DNA of 32,000 bases from Acaryochloris marina S15 (GCF_018336915.1 NZ_CP064923.1:2670001-2702000); one strand, 5' to 3'. Shown: positions 15,728 to 24,288, counted from the stretch's first letter. Notes: generated by a model from the letters alone, not told the origin. Numbers and translations are program-made.

Positions 15728-18355
15728 ATGTATGACTCTGGCCCATTTCTCGATCATGAAAATGGGAGAAATCATTTGACCTATGGCCCAGTCCCTAGAC
15801 GAAGGACAAAGCGTCTGCTGGAAGTTCTACTTGCCTATTCAAATGATGAATTCGAAATTAGTGAGCAGCTACGATCAAAAATCAGAGTCAATTGGCAGAC
15901 AGACTATCAACTGGTGGTGGAGACGACTGTTCATGCCTTAGTTTCACTGACCCAATCGGATGCTTATAGTGGTCAGCTTGATAATAATCACGTTAAAACT
16001 TCACTCAAATTATTAGAAAAATTCTTAAATATCCTGGTAGATAATCGTTCTCAGCCCCGAGGATCGCACAAATGGAATTTTACAATTAAGCTCTGGTTTG
16101 ATCGGAACCATACTGCAGATAATTTAGAAAAGTTTTACGACGAATGGGAGCGTCTCAGGCCTTCTAAATCCAAACAAGTCACTGACTATGGTTATAACAC
16201 AAGCCAACCGATTTCTTCTTTACCCGATGTGTCTTATAGTGTTGCCGAAAACAATAGAACACTAAACGCTTCCCTGCAACATAGATCTGATACCCATAGC
16301 AATCAGCAATGCTCTTTCTCGACGGAAGCATATTTGAGACGGTATTCTGAGCGTCATGGCATTTTGAAAGTATTGGGGATGAGAGGGCCAGCTCAGCTGG
16401 ATTCACTCTATACCACAATGCACTTACTGAATGAAGATTCTGTCCTTAGCTCTGAGTCCATCAATTGGCTCGAAGAAAACTACCGTCAGCGCAAGGTTTT
16501 CTTGCTAGAAGAAAAGCGAGCTAAACGACAATCTGGCATAGAGATAGCTAATGCATATCAATATTTGATGGTATTAGGTGGTCCTGGCACAGGCAAATCT
16601 ACCTTCTTACGAAAAATAGGACTAGAGACCCTCCATAATAGATATCAAGAGGGCTATGAATATAACTGCATTCCCATCTTTATTGAGCTAAAAAAATTTA
16701 GCTTTACAGAAGTTGATCTGGAATCAGCAATTATTGAAGAATTCAAAATTTGTGGTTTTTCTAAACCGCAACATTTTTTAGAGAAAGCTCTGGTGCAAGG
16801 GAATTTGCTGCTATTGCTGGATGGGCTGGATGAAGTGCCGATGGAGCAAATGAGCGAGGCGATTTCAAAAATCCAAGACTTTGCCAATCGATTTCACCAA
16901 AATCGGTTCATCATTACCTGTAGACCTGCAGCATACAGATACAACCTCCGCAATTTCACAGATGTTGTGATTGCCGAGTTTGATGATCATCAGATCAGGC
17001 AGTTTATAGAGAAATGGTTTTATAACCAACCCCAACAGGGTCGAAAATGTTGGGAGCAACTCAATACTGATAGTAATACGGCAGCAAAAGAGCTGACTCG
17101 AACGCCATTACTTCTCACCATGCTTTGCCTTGTTTTCCAAAGGGAAGGACAGTTCCCGAAGCACAGAGCCACTTTGTATGAAAAGTCTCTATGGGTGCTT
17201 TTAGAAGAATGGGATGCCGAAAAGGATGTTCCGAGAGAAGGTATTTATAAAGGACTGGCAACAAAACGCAAAGAGATTATTCTGTCAAAAATTGCTTTTG
17301 ATGCTTTTCAGAGAGATGAATTATTTATCACAAGACGAACGCTAACCCAGCAAATCGAGGAACTATTGAGTGAAATGCTTCCTGATATTGCTTTAATTGA
17401 TGGCAAGAAAGTCTTGAAATCAATTGAATTACAACATGGTCTATTGGTTGAACGGGTCGAATCTGTATACTCATTTTCGCACTTAACCATACAAGAATTT
17501 CTAGCTGCTCAGTATATTTTTGCTCAGTCCAAAAATGATGATTTTCTTTTACAAGACTTGATTGAACAATATTTAACGGATGACCGTTGGCAAGAAATTT
17601 TCTTGTTGTTATCAGGTATGAGTAAGGCAGATAAAATTTTACAAATTATGGACAGACATGCTCGAAGCTATCTAGACAGTTCTCCACCCCTCCAGAAGTT
17701 ACTTCGATGTGCAGATCTGAGTACTCAAGATACAGAAGGTGATTTTAAGTCAGCAGCCAAAAGGGCTACTGCAATTGGACTTTTTTTCCCTGGGGTACAT
17801 CCTCTCTATCCCATTACCCGCTTCTCAAACCCTGATGATGCTATCCTCAAAAAAAGACTTTATTATACCTATGACTTAGCCCGTGAGCTTACAGGTGCTC
17901 TTACGAATAGACGGCTACTAACCCTAGCATTAGATCGCAATAGAACGACCGACACGGTGATGTATTGCGGCATAGAAAGCACCCATAAAAATGCATTTTT
18001 GCGTGCAATTAAGATTTCAATTATTAGTGCTAAAAAATTCAAGGAAGCGAAAATATTCAATAATGTAGACTTCAATGAGCTGGTTAGAGCCCTTGAGTTG
18101 TTAAAAAGTGATATCCCAAGTGAATTAGCACCTTTCGAGGAGAATATGGAATTCGCTAAGCGTGCTCAGCAGATTTGGATTGATGCGTTTAAAGTTAATT
18201 TTGAATTGGTTAGCTTTTCTTTAAAAGACTTGAATTTATTGAATAATTACCTCAAGTCCATGATTGTTATCATTCACTGCCAGAGATCTTCTTTATCATA
18301 CTCGCAATCAATATGGGACAGCATTGAATCCAGAATATTAGTTGCCAATAAATAA
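15728..18355 (+). CDS. NACHT-domain STAND NTPase with unassigned N- and C-terminal regions
   Basis: 875 aa. Walker A is LMVLGGPGTGKSTF (nt 16577-16603) and Walker B is LLLLLDGLDEV (nt 16805-16837). These are followed by ITCRP and a winged-helix/helical region typical of NACHT. I recognise no WD40, TPR or LRR repeats and no known effector domain. Confidence 0.9.
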   Translation: MYDSGPFLDHENGRNHLTYGPVPRRRTKRLLEVLLAYSNDEFEISEQLRSKIRVNWQTDYQLVVETTVHALVSLTQSDAYSGQLDNNHVKTSLKLLEKFLNILVDNRSQPRGSHKWNFTIKLWFDRNHTADNLEKFYDEWERLRPSKSKQVTDYGYNTSQPISSLPDVSYSVAENNRTLNASLQHRSDTHSNQQCSFSTEAYLRRYSERHGILKVLGMRGPAQLDSLYTTMHLLNEDSVLSSESINWLEENYRQRKVFLLEEKRAKRQSGIEIANAYQYLMVLGGPGTGKSTFLRKIGLETLHNRYQEGYEYNCIPIFIELKKFSFTEVDLESAIIEEFKICGFSKPQHFLEKALVQGNLLLLLDGLDEVPMEQMSEAISKIQDFANRFHQNRFIITCRPAAYRYNLRNFTDVVIAEFDDHQIRQFIEKWFYNQPQQGRKCWEQLNTDSNTAAKELTRTPLLLTMLCLVFQREGQFPKHRATLYEKSLWVLLEEWDAEKDVPREGIYKGLATKRKEIILSKIAFDAFQRDELFITRRTLTQQIEELLSEMLPDIALIDGKKVLKSIELQHGLLVERVESVYSFSHLTIQEFLAAQYIFAQSKNDDFLLQDLIEQYLTDDRWQEIFLLLSGMSKADKILQIMDRHARSYLDSSPPLQKLLRCADLSTQDTEGDFKSAAKRATAIGLFFPGVHPLYPITRFSNPDDAILKKRLYYTYDLARELTGALTNRRLLTLALDRNRTTDTVMYCGIESTHKNAFLRAIKISIISAKKFKEAKIFNNVDFNELVRALELLKSDIPSELAPFEENMEFAKRAQQIWIDAFKVNFELVSFSLKDLNLLNNYLKSMIVIIHCQRSSLSYSQSIWDSIESRILVANK

Positions 18356-18500
18356 TAGCTAGTAGAAAGCTCAAAGCCTATCCCTTGACATTGAGATGAA
18401 CGGCTTTCAAGTCGAGTGAACGATTCCTATTTCACGATAAGCTAATGGCTAATTGGATTGTGCTTTAAAAATCTCTTCGTTCGGCCATCAATATACCCCT

Positions 18501-20219
18501 ATGGTGCTATTAAAATTTTGGGCTACTTGCTCTAGCATGTGTTTTGCCATTAGCACCTTAGTTAGCCCGTGTCTAGCAGCTCCACCTTCTATTCAGGGTC
18601 GAACGGGCCTCATCACCTCTGCCCATCCCGACGCCACAAGGGTTGGTTTAGAGATCCTCAAGCAAGGTGGCAATGCTATAGATGCTGCCGTGGCCACAGC
18701 GATGGCTATATCAGTGGCGGAACCCTTCTCCGCAGGGATTGGAGGAGGGGGATTCTTACTTTTGCGACTCGGGGAAACCAATCAGATGATTGCCCTAGAT
18801 TTTCGTGAGCGGGCACCTCTGAAAGCAAACTCTCGACTCTACCTTGATGCAGAGGGGCAGGTGATTCCCCGAGCTAGTATTGATGGTCATCGAGCCGTAG
18901 CCGTTCCTGGCACCATTGCAGGTTTGCAAGCTATTCACCAAAAATATGGTCGATTGCCTTGGCAAACGTTGCTGAATCCTGCAATCAAATTGGCGGAAGA
19001 GGGATTTGTGGTGAGCGATCGCACTCACCGTATCATCCTCCTCAGGCAAAAGGCTCTCGCAGCAAACCCCGCTGCTCAGAAGATTTTTCTCCCCAAGGGT
19101 CAACCGTTAGCCGTTGGCAGTCGCCTCATCCAAACAGACTTAGCTAACACCCTCAAACGACTCGCCCAGGATCCCCAGGCTTTTTACTCTGGCTCTATCG
19201 CCCTAGCGATTGCCAAGGATATGCAGAAAAATGATGGCATCGTCTCCCTCTGGGATTTAAAAACCTATGCCCCTACTTGGCGAGAGCCTTTATGTGGCGA
19301 GTTCCAACAACTGCAAGTCTGCTCTATGCCTCCCCCTTCTTCGGGGGGTGTTCATCTAATCCAGATATTAAATCTACTCACTTTAGGGCAGCCATTTTCT
19401 ACAAAGGCAGATCATCCTGATTATTTACATGCCTTAGTAGAGGCCATGAAAATTGCCTATGCCGATCGCGCTGAATATCTAGGAGATACTGATTTCGTTG
19501 AGGTTCCAGTCCAGGAATTGATCAGCCCTCAATATGCCCAGCGTCGCTTTCAGGAGATTAATCCTAATCAAGCTCGCCCGGCGGAGCAGGTTAAGGCCAT
19601 GAATTCCCAGACGTTGAAGTGGCTGCAAAAAGAGTCGAATGATACCAGTCACTTAAATGTAGTGGATCGCGATCGCAATGCCGTCAGCCTCACGTTTACC
19701 CTCAATTTAGGATTTGGGGCCGGGGTCGTCGTCCCAGGAACAGGAATCATTCTAAATAATGAGATGGATGATTTTGCGACCGCGCCGGGGGTCCCCAATG
19801 CCTTTGGGTTAGTTGGCAATACTCAAAATGCGATCGCACCCACCAAAAAACCCCTCTCCAGCATGACGCCGACCATCGTGACGGAAGCAGGGAAATTAAG
19901 GCTGGTGGTTGGGGCCGCCGGGGGCAGCACGATTATCACCACCGTATTGCAGTTAGTCATGAATGTTTTGGTCTTTGAGCAGGATGTAGCCACGGCGATT
20001 CATGCCCCTAAAGTTCATCACCAATGGCGACCTTTGCCCTTACGCATGGAAGAATGGGTGCAATTTCCTCAAACAACTGTGGAAGAGCTGAAACAGCGAG
20101 GACATGACATTCAAGGGAGAACTCAATGGGGCAATGCCAACTTAATTGAAGTGACGCCCCAAGATGAATTGTTCGGCGCTGCTGATCCCCGAGGAGAAGG
20201 GACAGCATTAGGTTATTAA
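18501..20219 (+). CDS. ggt: gamma-glutamyltranspeptidase
   Basis: Autoprocessing/catalytic Thr context NDTSHLNVVD and downstream GFGAGVVVPGTGIILNNEMDDF and PLSSMTPT motifs. The ORF track starts at TTG 18453. I prefer ATG 18501, which begins a signal-peptide-like MVLLKFWATCSSMCFAISTLVSPCLA. Confidence 0.93.
   Translation: MVLLKFWATCSSMCFAISTLVSPCLAAPPSIQGRTGLITSAHPDATRVGLEILKQGGNAIDAAVATAMAISVAEPFSAGIGGGGFLLLRLGETNQMIALDFRERAPLKANSRLYLDAEGQVIPRASIDGHRAVAVPGTIAGLQAIHQKYGRLPWQTLLNPAIKLAEEGFVVSDRTHRIILLRQKALAANPAAQKIFLPKGQPLAVGSRLIQTDLANTLKRLAQDPQAFYSGSIALAIAKDMQKNDGIVSLWDLKTYAPTWREPLCGEFQQLQVCSMPPPSSGGVHLIQILNLLTLGQPFSTKADHPDYLHALVEAMKIAYADRAEYLGDTDFVEVPVQELISPQYAQRRFQEINPNQARPAEQVKAMNSQTLKWLQKESNDTSHLNVVDRDRNAVSLTFTLNLGFGAGVVVPGTGIILNNEMDDFATAPGVPNAFGLVGNTQNAIAPTKKPLSSMTPTIVTEAGKLRLVVGAAGGSTIITTVLQLVMNVLVFEQDVATAIHAPKVHHQWRPLPLRMEEWVQFPQTTVEELKQRGHDIQGRTQWGNANLIEVTPQDELFGAADPRGEGTALGY
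19015..19022. repeat. HIP1 copy (GCGATCGC)
   Basis: Exact octamer read in the sequence. Confidence 0.9.
19669..19676. repeat. HIP1 copy (GCGATCGC)
   Basis: Exact octamer read in the sequence. Confidence 0.9.
19830..19837. repeat. HIP1 copy (GCGATCGC)
   Basis: Exact octamer read in the sequence. Confidence 0.9.
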
Positions 20220-20490
20220 AACCGTATGTATCAAAAAACTAGAATCACAAACGGTTCAATTTTACTCTCAATACATAGAAAGTTTGCACGTATCAAGCCC
20301 AATCTTTTTGGGTATCTTAAGACAGAATAGAACCCACAACATCTCACTATTTAAGCCATTTCAGTCGCTCATGAAATTAGCGACTGGCACTATATTTTTC
20401 CGCAATTTAGTCAATTAAGCTGTTTTTTTCAGGAATATCAAGATTCACCTATTAACCGAACAACAAGTCCCTCTGCAGTCGAGACTTATC

Positions 20491-21375
20491 TTGGAACCGA
20501 ATCTGGACCAACTCTTCAATATTTGCCCAGAGATCATCTGTCTATTGAAGCCCAACTACACTATCCACCGAGTAAATGCATCATTTACTCAGCTATTCGG
20601 CTGGGATGCCAGTCGAGTCCAAGGGCGGTCTTTTCTTGATTTTGTCCATGTTGAATGGATACAGCAAACCCAGCAGACCCTCCAATCTACGATCAATCAG
20701 ATCATCCCCAGCTTTGAAACCCTGCACTGCAAGGCAGATGGTAATCAGACCTACTTAACTTGGTCCTTTAGCTTTGACCCCAGCTCAAACTCCATCTTGG
20801 GCATCGCCCGAGAGAGTGAGGCCCTCAAACGATTTCAAGAGGGCATTCTGCAAGAGAATTTTCGCCTCACCGAACTGGCCTATACCGATTCCTTGACGGA
20901 GTTGATGAATCGAAGGGGGTTTCTGACCCAACTCCAGCAATATCAGTCTTTTGCCACTCGCACTCAACGCCCCTTATCCATCCTGTTGCTGGATGTAGAT
21001 TACTTCAAAACCTTTAATGATTCCTACGGTCATTCGGCGGGGGATCAGGCATTAGTATTAATTGCCAGCATCCTCAAAACCAACTTACGCCGAAGCGACT
21101 TGGCCGGTCGCTATGGTGGGGAAGAATTTGTGGTGTGTTTGCCAGACAGTGACCAGCAGGGGTCTTTTACAGTGGCCGAGTCGTTACGACAGGCGGTGGA
21201 TAACTATGGCTGGCCCATTCAAGACGTTACGATCAGTGTGGGGATTGCGACTGCGATCGCAACTCAAGAATCCACCTATAAAACGGCCAAGGAACTGATC
21301 GATGAGGCCGATCAAGCCTTATACCATTCCAAACAATCAGGCCGAAATTGCTCCACCCATCACGCCAACCTATAG
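20491..21375 (+). CDS. PAS-GGDEF diguanylate cyclase
   Basis: An N-terminal PAS-like segment (YTIHRVNASFTQLFGWDASRVQGRSFLDF). A GGDEF domain with an intact GGEEF active site (RYGGEEFVVCL) and an RxxD I-site five residues upstream (RRSD). TTG start. Confidence 0.9.
   Translation: MEPNLDQLFNICPEIICLLKPNYTIHRVNASFTQLFGWDASRVQGRSFLDFVHVEWIQQTQQTLQSTINQIIPSFETLHCKADGNQTYLTWSFSFDPSSNSILGIARESEALKRFQEGILQENFRLTELAYTDSLTELMNRRGFLTQLQQYQSFATRTQRPLSILLLDVDYFKTFNDSYGHSAGDQALVLIASILKTNLRRSDLAGRYGGEEFVVCLPDSDQQGSFTVAESLRQAVDNYGWPIQDVTISVGIATAIATQESTYKTAKELIDEADQALYHSKQSGRNCSTHHANL
21253..21260. repeat. HIP1 copy (GCGATCGC)
   Basis: Exact octamer read in the sequence. Confidence 0.9.
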
Positions 21376-21426
21376 CTTCAAGCGTTCCCATATCGTCTGC
21401 CGAAATACTATGATGTGCCTTTTGGC

Positions 21427-22125
21427 ATGACTTGGATTCTTACCAACGACGATGGCATTGACGCCCCAGGAATCTCAGCCTTAGGACAGGCCATCGATCA
21501 GCCCCTCTTAATCATCGCTCCCCTCACCCACCATTCAGGTTGTGGGCATCAAGTGACGACCTCAGGCCCCATTGCCATCGAAAAGCGGAAGATACCGCTG
21601 GGGAATAAGCTGTTGCTCAGCTACGGAATTGGAGGTACTCCTGTGGATTGTGTGAGGGTGGCGCTTCAGCATCTCTGCCCCACCCTCACCTGGGTCCTGT
21701 CCGGCATCAATGAGGGAGGCAACTTAGGATCGGACATCTATGTATCAGGAACCGTTGCTGCCGTGCGTGAAGCTGCTTTACACGAAATTCCGGGGATTGC
21801 CATTTCCCAATATCATCGCCGGGACCGCCCCATCGATTGGTCTCGTTCTACTCGCTGGGCCCAGCAGGTTATCGAGTACTTACTCAAGCAGCCCCTCCCC
21901 AACCAAGCATTTTGGAATGTCAACTTACCCCATCTCTCCCCAGAGGCTGCCGATCCAGCGATTATTCATTGCCCCTTATCCCGAAAACCCCTCCCGGTTG
22001 CCTATCGTCAGGAAGCAGCAGGACTCGTCTATTCCGGTAATTATCACGGTCGCGAACATGAGCCGGGTAGTGATGTCGATATCTGTTTTCAAGGAAATAT
22101 TGCCGTCACTCAGATGCAAGTGTGA
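21427..22125 (+). CDS. surE: 5'/3'-nucleotidase SurE
   Basis: ILTNDDGIDAPGI N-terminal signature, GINEGGNLG, and YVSGTVAAVREA. The ORF track starts at GTG 21415, while ATG 21427 gives the canonical MTWILTNDDG N-terminus. Confidence 0.9.
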   Translation: MTWILTNDDGIDAPGISALGQAIDQPLLIIAPLTHHSGCGHQVTTSGPIAIEKRKIPLGNKLLLSYGIGGTPVDCVRVALQHLCPTLTWVLSGINEGGNLGSDIYVSGTVAAVREAALHEIPGIAISQYHRRDRPIDWSRSTRWAQQVIEYLLKQPLPNQAFWNVNLPHLSPEAADPAIIHCPLSRKPLPVAYRQEAAGLVYSGNYHGREHEPGSDVDICFQGNIAVTQMQV

Positions 22126-22171
22126 TAGTTAGTTTTATGTACTAATGTAAAGATATTGACGTCATAACGGT

Positions 22172-22208
22172 TTGACAGCTTGACAGCAATATGTCTAATC
22201 TTTAAGCT
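22172..22208 (+). promoter_or_regulatory. candidate sigma-70-type promoter(s) built on a tandem TTGACAGC duplication
   Basis: TTGACAGC occurs twice in tandem (22172-22179 and 22180-22187). The first TTGACA is followed after 18 nt by TAATCT (22196-22201). The second is followed after 17 nt by TAAGCT (22203-22208). Located 36-70 nt upstream of ATG 22244. Confidence 0.3.
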
Positions 22209-22215
22209 GTATCCT

Positions 22216-22227
22216 ATACCCGGGTAT
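22216..22227. promoter_or_regulatory. perfect 12-bp palindrome ATACCCGGGTAT, a candidate operator
   Basis: Read directly from the sequence. It lies between the candidate -10 elements and the start codon of the RHH-like gene. Confidence 0.3.
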
Positions 22228-22243
22228 CCATTCACTAAGTCAT

Positions 22244-22570
22244 ATGCAAGATAAACAAAAGGTTACTCTTTACCTGCCACCCGACCTTCATCGTCAGCTC
22301 AAAATCCGAGGTGCCGTTGATGCAGAGCCCATGTCAGCCATTGCTGAGCGGGCCATTGATTTTTACCTGGGTCATCCTGAGGTGGTGGAGCAAACAGAAG
22401 CGTCTCATGGGTCTACCCACCAAGTCTATGCCTGCCCCGAATGTACTACGACTGTAGTTTTGCGAGCGGGTGAGATGGTTTCCCTGAAAGAGCAACCTGC
22501 CATGTTAAGTGATGATGGACTGAAGGTTCAACCTGCAGCTGCCGAAGAACTCGTGGGAGCGAGTGTCTGA
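22244..22570 (+). CDS. ribbon-helix-helix-like small protein
   Basis: 108 aa. The N-terminus KQKVTLYLPPDLHRQLKIRGAVDAEPMSAIAERAIDFYL has the beta-strand/helix/helix pattern of CopG/Arc/ParG-type RHH proteins. A single CPEC lies further on. Located upstream of the AAA+ gene. Confidence 0.55.
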   Translation: MQDKQKVTLYLPPDLHRQLKIRGAVDAEPMSAIAERAIDFYLGHPEVVEQTEASHGSTHQVYACPECTTTVVLRAGEMVSLKEQPAMLSDDGLKVQPAAAEELVGASV

Positions 22571-22656
22571 TTATTCAGACTCTTAGGGCTTTGTAGCTGT
22601 TTGTCCAACTTCATGCATCCTCTGTAATCAACCCCCTGCATTGGGAGACAAAGGTC

Positions 22657-24162
22657 ATGAAAGAAGAGCTAAGTATTCTTATCCAAGCTCAATATCCTTT
22701 GATCTACCTCGTTACTCCTGAGGAAGAACGGGCAGAGGAGGCTATTGCTGCTATTGCTCAAAGGCAACCGGAACAGAAAGTGTTTGTCTGGACCCTGACT
22801 CGGGGGACTGTTGAATATGGGCAACCCCGCAGTTCCACCCAACACAGTACTGTTTCCCCCCAGATGGCGATTCAGTCAGCGATTGGGGAACGTCAAAATG
22901 CCATTTTTATCTTCAAGGATCTGCATCCGTTCCTGGATAGTGCTGAAGTCGTGCGATGGTTACGAGATGCGATCGCAAGCTTCAAAAACACCCATAAAAC
23001 CATTATCTTGATGTCTCCCGTTCATCAGGTCCCCCTCGAACTTGAGAAAGAAATGGTCGTACTCGACTATCCCTTTCCTGACCTGGCAGAACTGCAAGAC
23101 GTTCTCGATCGGCAGTTACTCCTTACCGGTCGTCCTTTAGGAACACCCGCACGGGAAAAGTTGCTGAAAGCAGCCCTAGGATTGACCAAAGATGAAGCCG
23201 AAAAAGTTTACCGCAAAGCCAAAGTAACGACCGGCCAACTCACCGAATCAGAAGTGGAAGTTGTTCTCTCAGAAAAGAAACAGCTGATTCGCCGGAACGG
23301 CATTCTGGACTATATCGAATGTGATCAAACCATTGATGCAGTCGGTGGCTTAGAAGAGCTGAAGCATTGGCTTACCCAGCGTTCGGAAGCCTTTACCGAA
23401 CGGGCACGGGAATATGGCTTACCCCAGCCCAAAGGCATGTTAATTTTGGGGGTTCCTGGATGCGGAAAATCCTTGATTGCCAAAACCACTTCGCGATTAT
23501 GGGGCTTACCTCTGCTCCGCCTAGATATGGGACGTGTCTACGATGGCTCCATGGTGGGACGTTCAGAAGCCAATCTGCGAAGCGCCCTTAAAACCGCTGA
23601 GTCCATTTCTCCAGCCATCTTATTTATTGATGAGATGGATAAAGCCTTTGCCGGTGGTGCCGGATCGGCAGATTCAGATGGCGGTACATCCAGTCGAATT
23701 TTCGGGTCTTTCTTAACCTGGATGCAGGAAAAGACCTCTCCAGTCTTTGTCATGGCCACCGCTAACCGGGTTGAGCGGCTACCTGGCGAATTCCTACGCA
23801 AAGGTCGATTTGACGAAATTTTCTTTGTCGATCTGCCGACCCAGCAAGAGCGCCAGCAAATTTTCAATATTCATCTCTCCCAGCGCCGTCGAGACGTTTC
23901 CCGGTTTAACCTAGAGGAGCTAGCAAACGTTTGCGAGGGCTTTTCGGGAGCTGAAATTGAACAAGTTGTCATCGCTGCCATGTATGAAGCCTTTGCCCAG
24001 AATCGCGAATTTACCCAACTTGATATTATTGCTGCCAGCCGCTCCACCTTGCCTCTCTCCAAAACAATGACCGAGCAGGTAATGGCTTTACGGGAGTGGG
24101 CTCGCCAAAGAGCCCGTCCTGCAGCAGCCTCAGTCGCAGAATATCAGCGGCTCGAGTTCTAA
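22657..24162 (+). CDS. ycf46: Ycf46-type AAA+ ATPase
   Basis: 501 aa. The N-terminus ...LIQAQYPLIYLVTPEEERAEEAI is typical of the Ycf46 family. Walker A is GVPGCGKSLIAK and Walker B is ILFIDEMDK. Sensor and arginine-finger region MATANRVERLPGEFLRKGRFDEIFFVDLP. Confidence 0.88.
   Translation: MKEELSILIQAQYPLIYLVTPEEERAEEAIAAIAQRQPEQKVFVWTLTRGTVEYGQPRSSTQHSTVSPQMAIQSAIGERQNAIFIFKDLHPFLDSAEVVRWLRDAIASFKNTHKTIILMSPVHQVPLELEKEMVVLDYPFPDLAELQDVLDRQLLLTGRPLGTPAREKLLKAALGLTKDEAEKVYRKAKVTTGQLTESEVEVVLSEKKQLIRRNGILDYIECDQTIDAVGGLEELKHWLTQRSEAFTERAREYGLPQPKGMLILGVPGCGKSLIAKTTSRLWGLPLLRLDMGRVYDGSMVGRSEANLRSALKTAESISPAILFIDEMDKAFAGGAGSADSDGGTSSRIFGSFLTWMQEKTSPVFVMATANRVERLPGEFLRKGRFDEIFFVDLPTQQERQQIFNIHLSQRRRDVSRFNLEELANVCEGFSGAEIEQVVIAAMYEAFAQNREFTQLDIIAASRSTLPLSKTMTEQVMALREWARQRARPAAASVAEYQRLEF
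22969..22976. repeat. HIP1 copy (GCGATCGC)
   Basis: Exact octamer read in the sequence. Confidence 0.9.
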
Positions 24163-24288
24163 AAGCTTTCTCCTGTTCCCAGCAGGAGAAACCACTAGCT
24201 ATACGCTAGTTCATCCAACCGCAATTCTGTCAGCGTTGCGGTTTATCCCAACCAAACGTTGTTATCTCAATTCCTGGAGGAACATCCA

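Noticed and set aside
13826-19014. A 5.2-kb HIP1-free gap covering the sigma/NACHT block, considered as evidence of foreign origin
   Set aside because: An equally long HIP1-free gap (22977-28718) covers clearly native genes such as susA. HIP1 absence alone is therefore not discriminating. The G+C drop is the better evidence.
20374-20385. 12-mer AAATTAGCGACT shared between the GGDEF leader (20374-20385) and the RR/HK divergent spacer (30344-30355). I first considered it a common regulator site for signalling genes.
   Set aside because: Tens of repeated 12-mers are expected by chance among all position pairs in a 32-kb window. The flanks do not match and there is no dyad symmetry at the second site.
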